From the IMG/VR virus record IMGVR_UViG_3300031949_000005, positions 64,001 to 128,000 of that record: 64,000 bases of DNA. One strand, given 5' to 3'. Positions 40,105-49,938 of this stretch are shown here, in pieces. The stretch's first letter is position 1; each line of letters starts with the position of its first letter. Under the pieces are notes generated by a model that was given only the letters and a program-made list of their open reading frames with translations, ran no database searches and was not told where the DNA came from. Source of the DNA: a virus. The position numbers were made by a program, and so were the translations under genes.

Positions 40105-41373
40105 ATGAGATTTGATGATCGAGAAATGAAGAAAATAATTTGTCTTTATGTAGATGAAAATAAATCTGCGCTCGAAATATCTAAAATAATGAAATGTGCT
40201 TGTCAAACTATTATAACATATTTAGGAAAATATAAAATAGAGATTAAAAATAGTGGTTATTGGCATAAAAAAGTTGAATTAGATGATATAAAAAGGGATT
40301 ATTTTGACAATAATATGACTTTGGCACAAATAGGCAAAAAATATAATATTGGTACAGGGTCTCTTTGTGATAGATTTAAAAAGGCTGGCATTAAATTAAG
40401 AGATAGACAAGAAGAATCTTTTAGGGTCTTACATAAAATTCCATTATCGGAGCATGAAAAAATTTGTAAATTATATTTAGATGATGAGACACAAAATTGT
40501 GGCAAAATAGCTAAAATCTATAGTGTTTTTAGAGGAACCATAGCTAATATATTGAGAAAAAATGGTATAGAAATTCAAAAGAATAAAAGGACAAGAAATC
40601 CTGCCTGGAAGGGAGGAGTGACTTTGTTACATGACAGAATAAGGAATTGCGACAAGGCTAATTTTTGGAAAAGGGCTTGCATAGAAAGAGATGAGTATAA
40701 ATGTCAGATAAATGGCGATAACAAGAATTTAAACGTACATCATTATCCAAATAAATTTGCCGATATTTTTAAGGATTTTTTAAGATCAAATTCTAGTTTA
40801 AGACCTATCGAGGATTGTGATAAATTATTTGAATTATCTCAAGCCTATGAAGCGTTCTGGGATATTAATAATGGGGTCACGGTATCGGAAAATATGCATA
40901 AAAAATTACATATGAAAAAGGGTATAACAGACGAAGAAATAGTTTCTTTACATAACCAAGGGTGGTCTTGTAGGAAAATTTCCAAACATTTTGGCAAATC
41001 GGACAGCTTTGCTCTTGCTAGGCTAAGATCAATCGGATTAGACAGAAGAGATATTTCATTTTATAATAAACAAAGAACAAATATTACCGAGGATATCGAA
41101 AGTGGTGTTGTTAAGGATTATATGGATGGGGATAAAGTAAGAAATATTAAGAATAAATATGGCGTTAGTGCTAGTCAATTATATAAAATATTAGAAAGAC
41201 ACAATATCGAACCGGGGAAGAGGGGTAAAAGAGATCAAAGAAGTGATGCTTCAAAGAATAATGAGCGCGTTATTAAATTATACGAAAGTGGTGTAACGAC
41301 AGAAGAGTTGTCAAAGATTTATAATGTTAGCAATACGACAATAAGAAATATACTTAAAATATCGTCTATATAA
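40105..41373 (+). CDS. HNH homing endonuclease with multiple HTH repeats
   Basis: NPAWKGG, ERDEYKCQI, LNVHH, NNGVTV...HKKLH; about six HTH units. Confidence 0.8.
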   Translation: MRFDDREMKKIICLYVDENKSALEISKIMKCACQTIITYLGKYKIEIKNSGYWHKKVELDDIKRDYFDNNMTLAQIGKKYNIGTGSLCDRFKKAGIKLRDRQEESFRVLHKIPLSEHEKICKLYLDDETQNCGKIAKIYSVFRGTIANILRKNGIEIQKNKRTRNPAWKGGVTLLHDRIRNCDKANFWKRACIERDEYKCQINGDNKNLNVHHYPNKFADIFKDFLRSNSSLRPIEDCDKLFELSQAYEAFWDINNGVTVSENMHKKLHMKKGITDEEIVSLHNQGWSCRKISKHFGKSDSFALARLRSIGLDRRDISFYNKQRTNITEDIESGVVKDYMDGDKVRNIKNKYGVSASQLYKILERHNIEPGKRGKRDQRSDASKNNERVIKLYESGVTTEELSKIYNVSNTTIRNILKISSI

Positions 41374-41392
41374 TTATTGTGTATAATGATTA

Positions 41393-41773
41393 GTGAAAAG
41401 TATTCAAAAACGAGTTTGTGACTTATATATTAAAGAATATTTATCTTGTTCTGATATATCATCTCAACTTAATATTTGTCAAGCCACGGTTTATAATATA
41501 TTAAAAAATAATAATATAATCCTTAGAGACAAATCTACCGCAAATAAAATATTTTCTGACGATCTATTAATTAAGCTATACAACATTGGTTTGTCCTGCT
41601 CACAAATAGGAAAAGTATTAGGTATTCATCCCAGTACTGTTGTTAAAAGATTTCAAAAATGTGATTTTCCACTTAGAAATAAAAACCTCTCGCATCAAAT
41701 TAAATATTCAGAAGATGAATTCAATAAATACTTTATGTGTTCTAGCTTTATGGATCTTATTAAACAAGGGTAA
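41393..41773 (+). CDS. double-HTH protein
   Basis: LY....LS..I...L.I...TV twice. Confidence 0.7.
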   Translation: MKSIQKRVCDLYIKEYLSCSDISSQLNICQATVYNILKNNNIILRDKSTANKIFSDDLLIKLYNIGLSCSQIGKVLGIHPSTVVKRFQKCDFPLRNKNLSHQIKYSEDEFNKYFMCSSFMDLIKQG

Positions 41774-41776
41774 TAT

Positions 41777-44700
41777 ATGAGCGCTTCTGGTATATTAAGA
41801 GAAAATAACGTAATATTTTATCATCCATTAGATGATTTTACAGAATACACACAAAATCAAACATGGACTGGTTCTGGAATGTTTGTTCCAGCTAAAATAA
41901 TTAATGGTATAGCTGGTGTATTTTCTCCGAATATAACATGGGAATCAGAGGTCGAATTTTTCTCTTCGGATGGTGCTATAGAACCAGTAATTGCTAGATT
42001 GAATGATACCCAAGTTGTTGTTGTTTACAGAGATGGTGGTAATTTAATAAGTTCTAGAACATGGGCGCATGTCGGAACCATTACTGGTGATACAATAGTA
42101 TGGGCAAGTGGATATGAAGTAATATCTAGTTTTGGTGCTGGTCTTGTTACATTAAATGCTGTATGTAGAGTTGCAGATGATAAATTTGCAATAGCTTTTA
42201 AAGATCCTTTATTTAGCGACCAACAACAAGCTGTTATTGCATCTATTAGTGGAACAACTATCTCGTTCGGTACACCAGTATCATTTCAAACATTAAATAA
42301 TAGCAATTTTGATATAACTTCTCCAGATGAAAGTCATATTGTTGTTGTATATCAAACTGCTACAAGTGGTAGCGCTGGTAATTCTAGGATTGGAAGTATA
42401 AGTGGTACTTCCCTTACTTTTGAAACTATAACTAATTTTCGAGAAGATGGTATTTCTAATGTTTTTGTCGAAAGATTAGATGATACACATGTAGTTGCTG
42501 CATATAGAGATACTAATCCAGATGGTGCTGGTTCTGTTGTTGTCGGTGCTATAAGTGGTACAACCATAACATGGGGATCTGGCATACAATTTGTCGCCAA
42601 TACTCTTCAATCTTTTAGTGTCCTACCACTTGGTTCTACGAAATTTGGTATTATATGGACAGATGCTGGCACACAACTTAATGCTAAAGTTGGTGAAGTA
42701 AGTGGAACAACAATATCTCTTGGCAGTATAGCTACTCTTGCCGATGGAATAACATTAGCATTTTTAAGAGCACATGAAATAGATAGTGATCACTTTATTT
42801 GTGCTTTTCCTAATGCGAGTAATTCTAATAGACCTACCGTTAGTATAGGGTCATTAACAACTAGTGGTACAATAAGTTTTGGAGATATTTCTCTTGTAAC
42901 CACTAATAGTGTGGTACATACAGATATTGTTACAACCGATGGACATAAAGTTGTTATAGTTTACGAGGATACAACCGACTCAAACCATGGTACAGCTAAT
43001 GTTGGTGCATTATTCGTTAGTGCGAATATAGTAGCTACTAGCGGAGGAGCTTATCCATCCGTAAGTGGATATGATAGAATAGTTCTTGGTGGGTGGTCTA
43101 AAAATCTATCCCATAATGATACAGAAGTAACAGTAAGTAAAGGTTATAGTGTTGGTATAGCTTCTGGTAGTATTTCATTAGGTAGTGGTGTATGGAATGG
43201 TTCTGGATTAGTAGATTTCTTGACATCTATAAACGATGGAAGTGGCCATTTATTTGTATTAGATTTTCATAATGACACTGGCGATGATTGGATACTTAAT
43301 ACATCTCTTGATGGAAGTGGTTTTATAAATCATGGGGTTCAATCATCCGGATCACAACCAATAATATTAGTAGAATCTGGTGTTCAATTAATAGCTATAA
43401 ATAATGCTATGAATCACTGGATAGACGAATTAGTATTATGGGGTGGAGAACAAGATAATTTTTCAGATTTTAGTACCCATGAACTTAGAAGATTATTCAG
43501 ATTAGCAGATTTCGCTGGTTTGACTATGCCCCTGTATTCTACATTCGGTGAACCCATTAATGATAATACTACTTTATTTTTAACAGCACACGACATAACA
43601 TCAGATAATATAACTTTATTTTCTCGGGGTATAGAAATTTCAACAGATGAGATAATATTATATCTTCGTGGTCCATTTTTCTTACCAGATGTTAGTGGTG
43701 TTATTTATTATCAACCGAATGACACCGATGACACAGAATTCACCAAACAAATACAATGGACTAATGATAATGTTTCATATATTCCATTAATAATTGATCA
43801 GGGCAATTTTGTTCAAACTTCTGGTAGATTATATAGTCCGAGTGGGAATTATTCATCACCAGATCAATACACTAATTTAACGGCATTATCATGGGTATCT
43901 GGAGTGAGATTTGATAATACGGAAATACAATTAGGATGGATTGATAATAATTCTATATTGATTAATATTAGCGGAGTTAGTGGAGTCATACTAGGATTTT
44001 ATGCATCTGGTATTAGATATGAGTTTCTATCACAATTTTTACTTAATTTTGAGCCTACATTATTTGTAGCAAGAATAGAACAAGATGGGGCTAATTCAAC
44101 AGGATATTTAAGTGTTGATGGTAATAGTTTTATACAAATGGGTCAAGTCTCTTCTGCACAATGGGATAATAGTGGACCAAATATAGGTAATAAATATATA
44201 CAGTTATTATCGAGCGGTATGGCTGCCGACGAAACAACATTATGGGGCAATATAGATCAATTCACATCATTAGAGCTTGTACAATTTTATGTTCTTGGAA
44301 GTGGGTTACAGTTACCATTAAATTATTATACCGATATTTTGGGATCTGGACTTCCGGTTAATAATAACATAGAACTATATATACAGGGTCCACTTCCGAT
44401 AGATGAGTCAATAGACTTATATGTTCAAGGTCCGATTCCTATTAACGATAATATAAATCTACATATTCATGGTTTTGATGATTTTAACGATAACTTCATA
44501 TTAGTTGAAACTGGTCATGAAAGCTTTAACAATAGTATAACATTGAATATTCACGGAATTACTAATAGATTAGTATCTATATATTGGACTGATCCAGGTA
44601 GTAATAAAATACAAAGATCGAATTCAAATGGTTCTAAAATAGAAGATATAATAGATACAGATCTTATTACTCCACTGGGTATAGATATTGATTCTTCTAG

Positions 44701-45712
44701 TAGAAAGATTTATTGGTTGGATGATGGTATTTCCAAATTACAAAGATCTAACCTTGATGGTACTTCTATACAAGATTTAGTGGTTAGTGGAATTAGTGGT
44801 TCAATTGGAATAGCTATAGATAGAACTATTAATAAGATATATTGGACCGACGATACTTCTAATGTTATTAAAAGATCAGATTTTAATGGCAGTAATGTTG
44901 AAACTATTGTATCTGGTTTAGAAAATGCTGTTAGTATAGCCATAGACACAATTAATGATAAAGTATATATTACCAATGGACCATCTGGTCTAGGGAGTGG
45001 TTTGATATCTCGTTTTGATCCAGATGGTTCTAATATTGAAATAGTTATTTCTGGTCTGAATTCTCCGAGGGGTATAGACGTAAACAGTAGAGATGATCAA
45101 GTATTTTGGATTGATGATAATGGCAATTCCATTCATCGTGCAAATTCTAGTGGTATATTAGAACAAATATTAGTATCTGGCTTGACTGATGCAACAGAAT
45201 TATCTCTTGATATAAATAATGGTAAATTATATTGGATTGATCAAACCGAAGCCATAATTCGTAGAATGAATTTTAATGGCACGAATATAGAAGATATAAT
45301 CACTAGTGGTCTTGTGTCGCCATATGGTATAGTCGTTAATCAAAGAGAATCTATTGTTGATTTATCGGTAGAAATAGACATATTTATAAAAAGTTCTGAT
45401 CATTTCCCGCAATTACTTGGTGTATTTAGTGATTCTGTAGTGTCGGTAACGATAGAGGTTTGGGATTTAATAGATGGTGCTAATATATTAGTAATCTTAG
45501 TTGATGATATTTGTCAACAAATAGGTGACACAGGAAGATGGTTCTGGTCAACGATTAATCTGCCGCCACATAGATTTGGTATTCAACAATATATGTACAA
45601 AATGAGTGCTGATAATGGAGAAGAATTTATAGCTGAGTTTTTCATTAAAAGCGCCGGGGTTAATATTCTTCAACACCCCTCGGATAGATCGAAATATATT
45701 TTAGGAGGTTAA
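41777..45712 (+). CDS. large virion protein with beta-repeats and YWTD (LDL-receptor class B) propeller
   Basis: IYWTD/IYWLD/VFWID/LYWID repeats; ~50-aa ISGTTI repeats; 14-aa LxIxG linkers. Confidence 0.7.
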   Translation: MSASGILRENNVIFYHPLDDFTEYTQNQTWTGSGMFVPAKIINGIAGVFSPNITWESEVEFFSSDGAIEPVIARLNDTQVVVVYRDGGNLISSRTWAHVGTITGDTIVWASGYEVISSFGAGLVTLNAVCRVADDKFAIAFKDPLFSDQQQAVIASISGTTISFGTPVSFQTLNNSNFDITSPDESHIVVVYQTATSGSAGNSRIGSISGTSLTFETITNFREDGISNVFVERLDDTHVVAAYRDTNPDGAGSVVVGAISGTTITWGSGIQFVANTLQSFSVLPLGSTKFGIIWTDAGTQLNAKVGEVSGTTISLGSIATLADGITLAFLRAHEIDSDHFICAFPNASNSNRPTVSIGSLTTSGTISFGDISLVTTNSVVHTDIVTTDGHKVVIVYEDTTDSNHGTANVGALFVSANIVATSGGAYPSVSGYDRIVLGGWSKNLSHNDTEVTVSKGYSVGIASGSISLGSGVWNGSGLVDFLTSINDGSGHLFVLDFHNDTGDDWILNTSLDGSGFINHGVQSSGSQPIILVESGVQLIAINNAMNHWIDELVLWGGEQDNFSDFSTHELRRLFRLADFAGLTMPLYSTFGEPINDNTTLFLTAHDITSDNITLFSRGIEISTDEIILYLRGPFFLPDVSGVIYYQPNDTDDTEFTKQIQWTNDNVSYIPLIIDQGNFVQTSGRLYSPSGNYSSPDQYTNLTALSWVSGVRFDNTEIQLGWIDNNSILINISGVSGVILGFYASGIRYEFLSQFLLNFEPTLFVARIEQDGANSTGYLSVDGNSFIQMGQVSSAQWDNSGPNIGNKYIQLLSSGMAADETTLWGNIDQFTSLELVQFYVLGSGLQLPLNYYTDILGSGLPVNNNIELYIQGPLPIDESIDLYVQGPIPINDNINLHIHGFDDFNDNFILVETGHESFNNSITLNIHGITNRLVSIYWTDPGSNKIQRSNSNGSKIEDIIDTDLITPLGIDIDSSSRKIYWLDDGISKLQRSNLDGTSIQDLVVSGISGSIGIAIDRTINKIYWTDDTSNVIKRSDFNGSNVETIVSGLENAVSIAIDTINDKVYITNGPSGLGSGLISRFDPDGSNIEIVISGLNSPRGIDVNSRDDQVFWIDDNGNSIHRANSSGILEQILVSGLTDATELSLDINNGKLYWIDQTEAIIRRMNFNGTNIEDIITSGLVSPYGIVVNQRESIVDLSVEIDIFIKSSDHFPQLLGVFSDSVVSVTIEVWDLIDGANILVILVDDICQQIGDTGRWFWSTINLPPHRFGIQQYMYKMSADNGEEFIAEFFIKSAGVNILQHPSDRSKYILGG

Positions 45713-45713
45713 A

Positions 45714-46049
45714 ATGGCTATACGCGAATATGATTATTTACCGGATTCTCCAATATCTATAATCGGAGAATTAACTACGGGACAAACAGTTACTATTGAA
45801 GTTTGGCAAGATGGAGTTGCTGTGGTTTTAACAAGCGACGTATGTTCTGAAATAGACGCAACAGGAAAGTATAGTTGGTCCACCATTAATTTACCTGTCT
45901 TGCCAACCGATAGAGCGCAATATCACTGGAGAATGGATGATGGTGCTGGTAATACTGTTGAAGATGATTTTATTTTACAATCTATAGAATCTACAGACGG
46001 CAAAATGCCTAGTTTAAGAGATCCAGATTCATATATTTTACAAATATAA
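45714..46049 (+). CDS. structural protein paralogous to the C-terminal domain of 41777..45712
   Basis: Shared VTIEVW, D.C..I..TG...WSTINLP, QY...M. Confidence 0.7.
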   Translation: MAIREYDYLPDSPISIIGELTTGQTVTIEVWQDGVAVVLTSDVCSEIDATGKYSWSTINLPVLPTDRAQYHWRMDDGAGNTVEDDFILQSIESTDGKMPSLRDPDSYILQI

Positions 46050-46058
46050 GGAGCCTAT

Positions 46059-46595
46059 ATGTGGCAAACAGATTTAACTTTAATGCTTAGAATCTTAATT
46101 GATGATTTAAATACTCCACAAAAAAATACGGATGCTTATTTATATCAGGTATTGATATTAGCAGGAATATTGGCTAATAATGAAATTGATTTTTCTCTAG
46201 ATTATATATTTGATATAAGTAATGTTACTATTTCACCAGATCCCATAACTAATAATGATAATATTTTCCAAGCATTAATTCCGCTGAAAGCCGCATGTAT
46301 ATTAAACCAAGGTAATTTTCAAAAAGCGATAGGCCAGGGAATTAAAGTACGTGATGGGGACAGTTCCGTGGATACAACTGCTAGTTTTGGAGGTTATAGA
46401 GATATACTTGAATTAGGTCCATGTAGTGCTTATGATAAATTAAAAAAACAAATACTTATAGCCGATGGTGCTTCTTTTTATGGGGCGGTTTTGTCTCCAT
46501 TCAGAGGGCCTAATGATACACCGATAGATACATTGGCTTGGTATTATGATAATATTTCTCAATATTTTTGTAATCCGAGACAAAGAAATTTTTAA
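46059..46595 (+). CDS. putative head-tail adaptor
   Basis: LRILIDD...; position after head genes. Confidence 0.5.
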   Translation: MWQTDLTLMLRILIDDLNTPQKNTDAYLYQVLILAGILANNEIDFSLDYIFDISNVTISPDPITNNDNIFQALIPLKAACILNQGNFQKAIGQGIKVRDGDSSVDTTASFGGYRDILELGPCSAYDKLKKQILIADGASFYGAVLSPFRGPNDTPIDTLAWYYDNISQYFCNPRQRNF

Positions 46596-46608
46596 TTAGG
46601 AGATATGT

Positions 46609-47229
46609 ATGGCAAATACAAAATTGAGTGCATTGTCAGAGGCTATAGCGGCGTCGGGTATTGATGAACTCTATATAAATGAAAGTGGAGTATCAAAAAA
46701 AATTACGGGATTTCAATTAGCAAATTTTATTAATTCTAGTGGAATAATAAAATCTCTTTCTAGCGATGCGCCAGGTAATTCTTCGTCGAGTATGGTCAAG
46801 GTTTCTGGAATAGATGTTAGTGGAATTGGTCCTGGCACATATATTTTTCAATATTATATTAGTGCCCAATCTGCGCATATTTCTAACAGCATGAAATTTT
46901 CTGTTAACCACACCGGGACAACTACTCTTTTTATGTATAACTTATTTTTTACACATCCCGCTGTTATAAACAATAACGTTGAATTGGATCAAGAATATAA
47001 CGCAACAACAGGAGCAATCTGGGCAGTACAATCAACTAGAATTAAAAATACAACACTAGGGCCACAAACTGCTGTTGATACAGCTAATGCTAGTCTTTTA
47101 TATTATATTCATGGTATTATTATTGTTACAGAGACAGGTGTACTAGAATTATACCAAGGTTCTGAAGATAATGGTATTAACACAATTGTTGAACAAGGAA
47201 CAACATTGATTCTTACGAAAGTTAGATAA
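46609..47229 (+). CDS. fibre/appendage protein paralogue 1
   Basis: MANTKLSAL..AASGIDE...ESGVSKK N-terminus. Confidence 0.6.
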   Translation: MANTKLSALSEAIAASGIDELYINESGVSKKITGFQLANFINSSGIIKSLSSDAPGNSSSSMVKVSGIDVSGIGPGTYIFQYYISAQSAHISNSMKFSVNHTGTTTLFMYNLFFTHPAVINNNVELDQEYNATTGAIWAVQSTRIKNTTLGPQTAVDTANASLLYYIHGIIIVTETGVLELYQGSEDNGINTIVEQGTTLILTKVR

Positions 47230-48482
47230 TGATTGGAATACTTCTTTTAGAAAGTAGTTTAGTAGATGGTCTACTTCTAGAAAATGTTAACGAGGTCTTA
47301 TTCCTTGAATCATTTTCTTCCGATAATTTTATCAATTTATTTATTCATTCAAGCCATACAATGGAATCTTTGGATTTATTTATAAAGGTTCCAGAACCAA
47401 TTAATCAATCATTAGAATTTTTTATTAATGGATTTGATATTAAATCAAATAACATTACTTTGTTTATTGATGGACATATTTCTAATACACAAAATATAAA
47501 TTTATTTATAAATGGTAAGAATGTTTTTAATAATGATATTATATTATTTATTAGTACTTTTAATATAGACGCTAATATGATGGATCTTTTCATATCTGGT
47601 CCAATACGAATTACAGATAATGTTTCACTATTTATTAACGGGATGGATTTACAGAATGATAATATAAATCTTTTTATTCATGGTAATAATAATTTCAATA
47701 ATAATATTAATTTGTTGATTAACGGGCTTAATAATAATAACAAATCGCTAGAACTTTTTATTTATGGGTTTGATATTAAACCAAATAATATTATTTTGTA
47801 TGTTAATGGACATGTTGATAATTCAAGTAATATAATACTCGTAATTAACCCTCATGCTGTGATAGATGATAATATAACTTTATTTATACGACCACCACAA
47901 GAAGCATCATCTATTAGTTTAATAATTAATGGAATTATTCCAATTCTTCCATTATCTTGCCCGATATTAGATCCAAATTCAACAATACAAATACCTTCTA
48001 CTCTTATAACTATATATCAATCTTATATTGATTCTCTTATAAACCAATTGGGTAAACACGTTCTACTAGAATTTGATTCTGTGTTAACACCTTGTCCTAA
48101 CTGTGAATTTGATTTAATTAACCAAAGATCAAGAGGAATTTATATTTCTGGTGGACCCATATCATTTTCAAGAGGTAGTCAATGTCCATATTGTAAGGGG
48201 AATGGTTTGCTAGAAACAAAATCAGAAAAATGTATTATTGCTTTAACCAAATGGAGTCCAAAAGAAATTAATGATTTTAATATTTCTGTTAATAATGATA
48301 AAGCTATTGTTAGATTAAAAGCATTTTTATCAGAATCAGATAATTTAATAAGAGCTAAAACAGCCATAATAGAATATGACCAAAGATCGTTAGTTGTTAT
48401 GAGGGCTAGGATGATTCGTGGAATTGTTCCAATAGGCTTAAGAGATGATAGATATTGTACGAGTTATTGGGAATTGATTTAA
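47229..48482 (+). CDS. 14-aa-repeat virion protein with C-terminal CxxC domain (paralogue A)
   Basis: About 15 NxIxLFIxG repeats; CPNC...CPYCKG. Confidence 0.65.
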   Translation: MIGILLLESSLVDGLLLENVNEVLFLESFSSDNFINLFIHSSHTMESLDLFIKVPEPINQSLEFFINGFDIKSNNITLFIDGHISNTQNINLFINGKNVFNNDIILFISTFNIDANMMDLFISGPIRITDNVSLFINGMDLQNDNINLFIHGNNNFNNNINLLINGLNNNNKSLELFIYGFDIKPNNIILYVNGHVDNSSNIILVINPHAVIDDNITLFIRPPQEASSISLIINGIIPILPLSCPILDPNSTIQIPSTLITIYQSYIDSLINQLGKHVLLEFDSVLTPCPNCEFDLINQRSRGIYISGGPISFSRGSQCPYCKGNGLLETKSEKCIIALTKWSPKEINDFNISVNNDKAIVRLKAFLSESDNLIRAKTAIIEYDQRSLVVMRARMIRGIVPIGLRDDRYCTSYWELI

Positions 48483-48496
48483 ATTAGGAGATTGGT

Positions 48497-49213
48497 ATGG
48501 CGGATATTAAGATTAGTGCATTAACTCAGGTTCCGGCAGCATCTGGTTTAGACGAGTTGGCCGTTAATGAATCTGGGGTTTCAAAAAAGGTAAATATAAC
48601 ACAGCTTGCAACTTTTTTAAATACTTCACCAGATTTTACCGGCGTACCGACCGCACCAACTGCCTCGGCAGGGACAAATACTACACAAATTGCAACAACA
48701 GCCTTCGCTCAATCTGGTGGTCCCGTAAGTGTTAAATTTCTTAATGCGGACGAAACACCCAATGCTCAAACTGCAATGGTTAGAGTGTCTGGGATGGATG
48801 TATCTGGAGTTGCTTCTGGTACTTATGTTTTTGAATATTATATTGTTGCCCAGGCTGCTGGTACGACACAAAGTTTTAAATTTGCTGTTAACCATACTGG
48901 AACAACTACTGTATTTATATATAATCTTTATTTTCCAAGTGCGGGTGTTACTGCTGCTACTGGAGCAATAGATCAAGATAATAATCCTACTACTGGATCG
49001 GTATGGGCTTTTCATGCTACTAGAACCAAAAATGCAACACTTGGACCACAAACAGGTGTTGATACCTTAAATGCCAATATTATGCTTCGTGTTACCGGAA
49101 TGATGATAGTTACAGTATCTGGAACACTAGAATTGTATGAAGGATGTGAACTTGGGGGAATTAATACAACAATAAAAGCTGGAACTTGTTTAATTCTTAC
49201 TAAAACCGGATAG
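48497..49213 (+). CDS. fibre/appendage protein paralogue 2
   Basis: MADIKISAL; fibre repeat PDFTGVPTAPTASAGTNTTQIATTAF. Confidence 0.65.
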   Translation: MADIKISALTQVPAASGLDELAVNESGVSKKVNITQLATFLNTSPDFTGVPTAPTASAGTNTTQIATTAFAQSGGPVSVKFLNADETPNAQTAMVRVSGMDVSGVASGTYVFEYYIVAQAAGTTQSFKFAVNHTGTTTVFIYNLYFPSAGVTAATGAIDQDNNPTTGSVWAFHATRTKNATLGPQTGVDTLNANIMLRVTGMMIVTVSGTLELYEGCELGGINTTIKAGTCLILTKTG

Positions 49214-49222
49214 GAGATCCAT

Positions 49223-49936
49223 ATGGCGGATAAAAAGATAAGCGAATTAACACAAGTTGTGGCCGCATCAGGCTTGGACGAATTTGCTGTTAGTCAATCT
49301 GGAGTTTCAAACAAGGAAACATTAACACAAATTGCTACCTTTAGAAATACTTCGCCAGTTTTTACAGGTATACCAACTGCTCCAACGGCGGCATCTGGCA
49401 CAAATACTACACAAATAGCCACAACTGCATTTATTCAATCTGGTTGTAATGTTAGGGTTATATCTCTTTCCTCTAACGAGGTTGCAACTAGTGAAACCGG
49501 AGGGATTCTAGTATCTGGTTTATTAGTATTCCCAGAAGTAGGAAACTATATTTTTGAATATTATATTTGTGGTCAAGTTTCGGATACAACAACAACCTTC
49601 AAATTCTCCGTGGGTCATAGTGGTGGAAGTATTTCTGCATGTAATTTCTATTTTCCAAATGCTGGTACAAATACAACCAATGGTTTTGTTAATCAAGAAC
49701 TTAATCAGACGACTGGTCAAATTTGGGCCTTTAATGCCGCGAGATCAGGCGGTATTATATTAGGACCACACGATAGTAATAATGCTATTAATGTTAATGT
49801 TATGTATCGTATTACCGGAATTGTAAACATCACAGATTCATCCTTTTTCTTAAGATTAACTCATGGGTCAGAGGTAGCTGGATTAAGCGTACAAATAATG
49901 GCTGGTAGTTCTTTAGTTCTTACTAAAGTTGGATAA
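49223..49936 (+). CDS. fibre/appendage protein paralogue 3
   Basis: MADKKISEL; PVFTGIPTAPTAASGTNTTQIATTAF. Confidence 0.65.
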   Translation: MADKKISELTQVVAASGLDEFAVSQSGVSNKETLTQIATFRNTSPVFTGIPTAPTAASGTNTTQIATTAFIQSGCNVRVISLSSNEVATSETGGILVSGLLVFPEVGNYIFEYYICGQVSDTTTTFKFSVGHSGGSISACNFYFPNAGTNTTNGFVNQELNQTTGQIWAFNAARSGGIILGPHDSNNAINVNVMYRITGIVNITDSSFFLRLTHGSEVAGLSVQIMAGSSLVLTKVG

Positions 49937-49938
49937 TA

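Noticed and set aside
46609-49936. Diversity-generating retroelement acting on the fibre paralogues
   Set aside because: No reverse transcriptase in the window and no template/variable repeat pair differing only at adenines was seen
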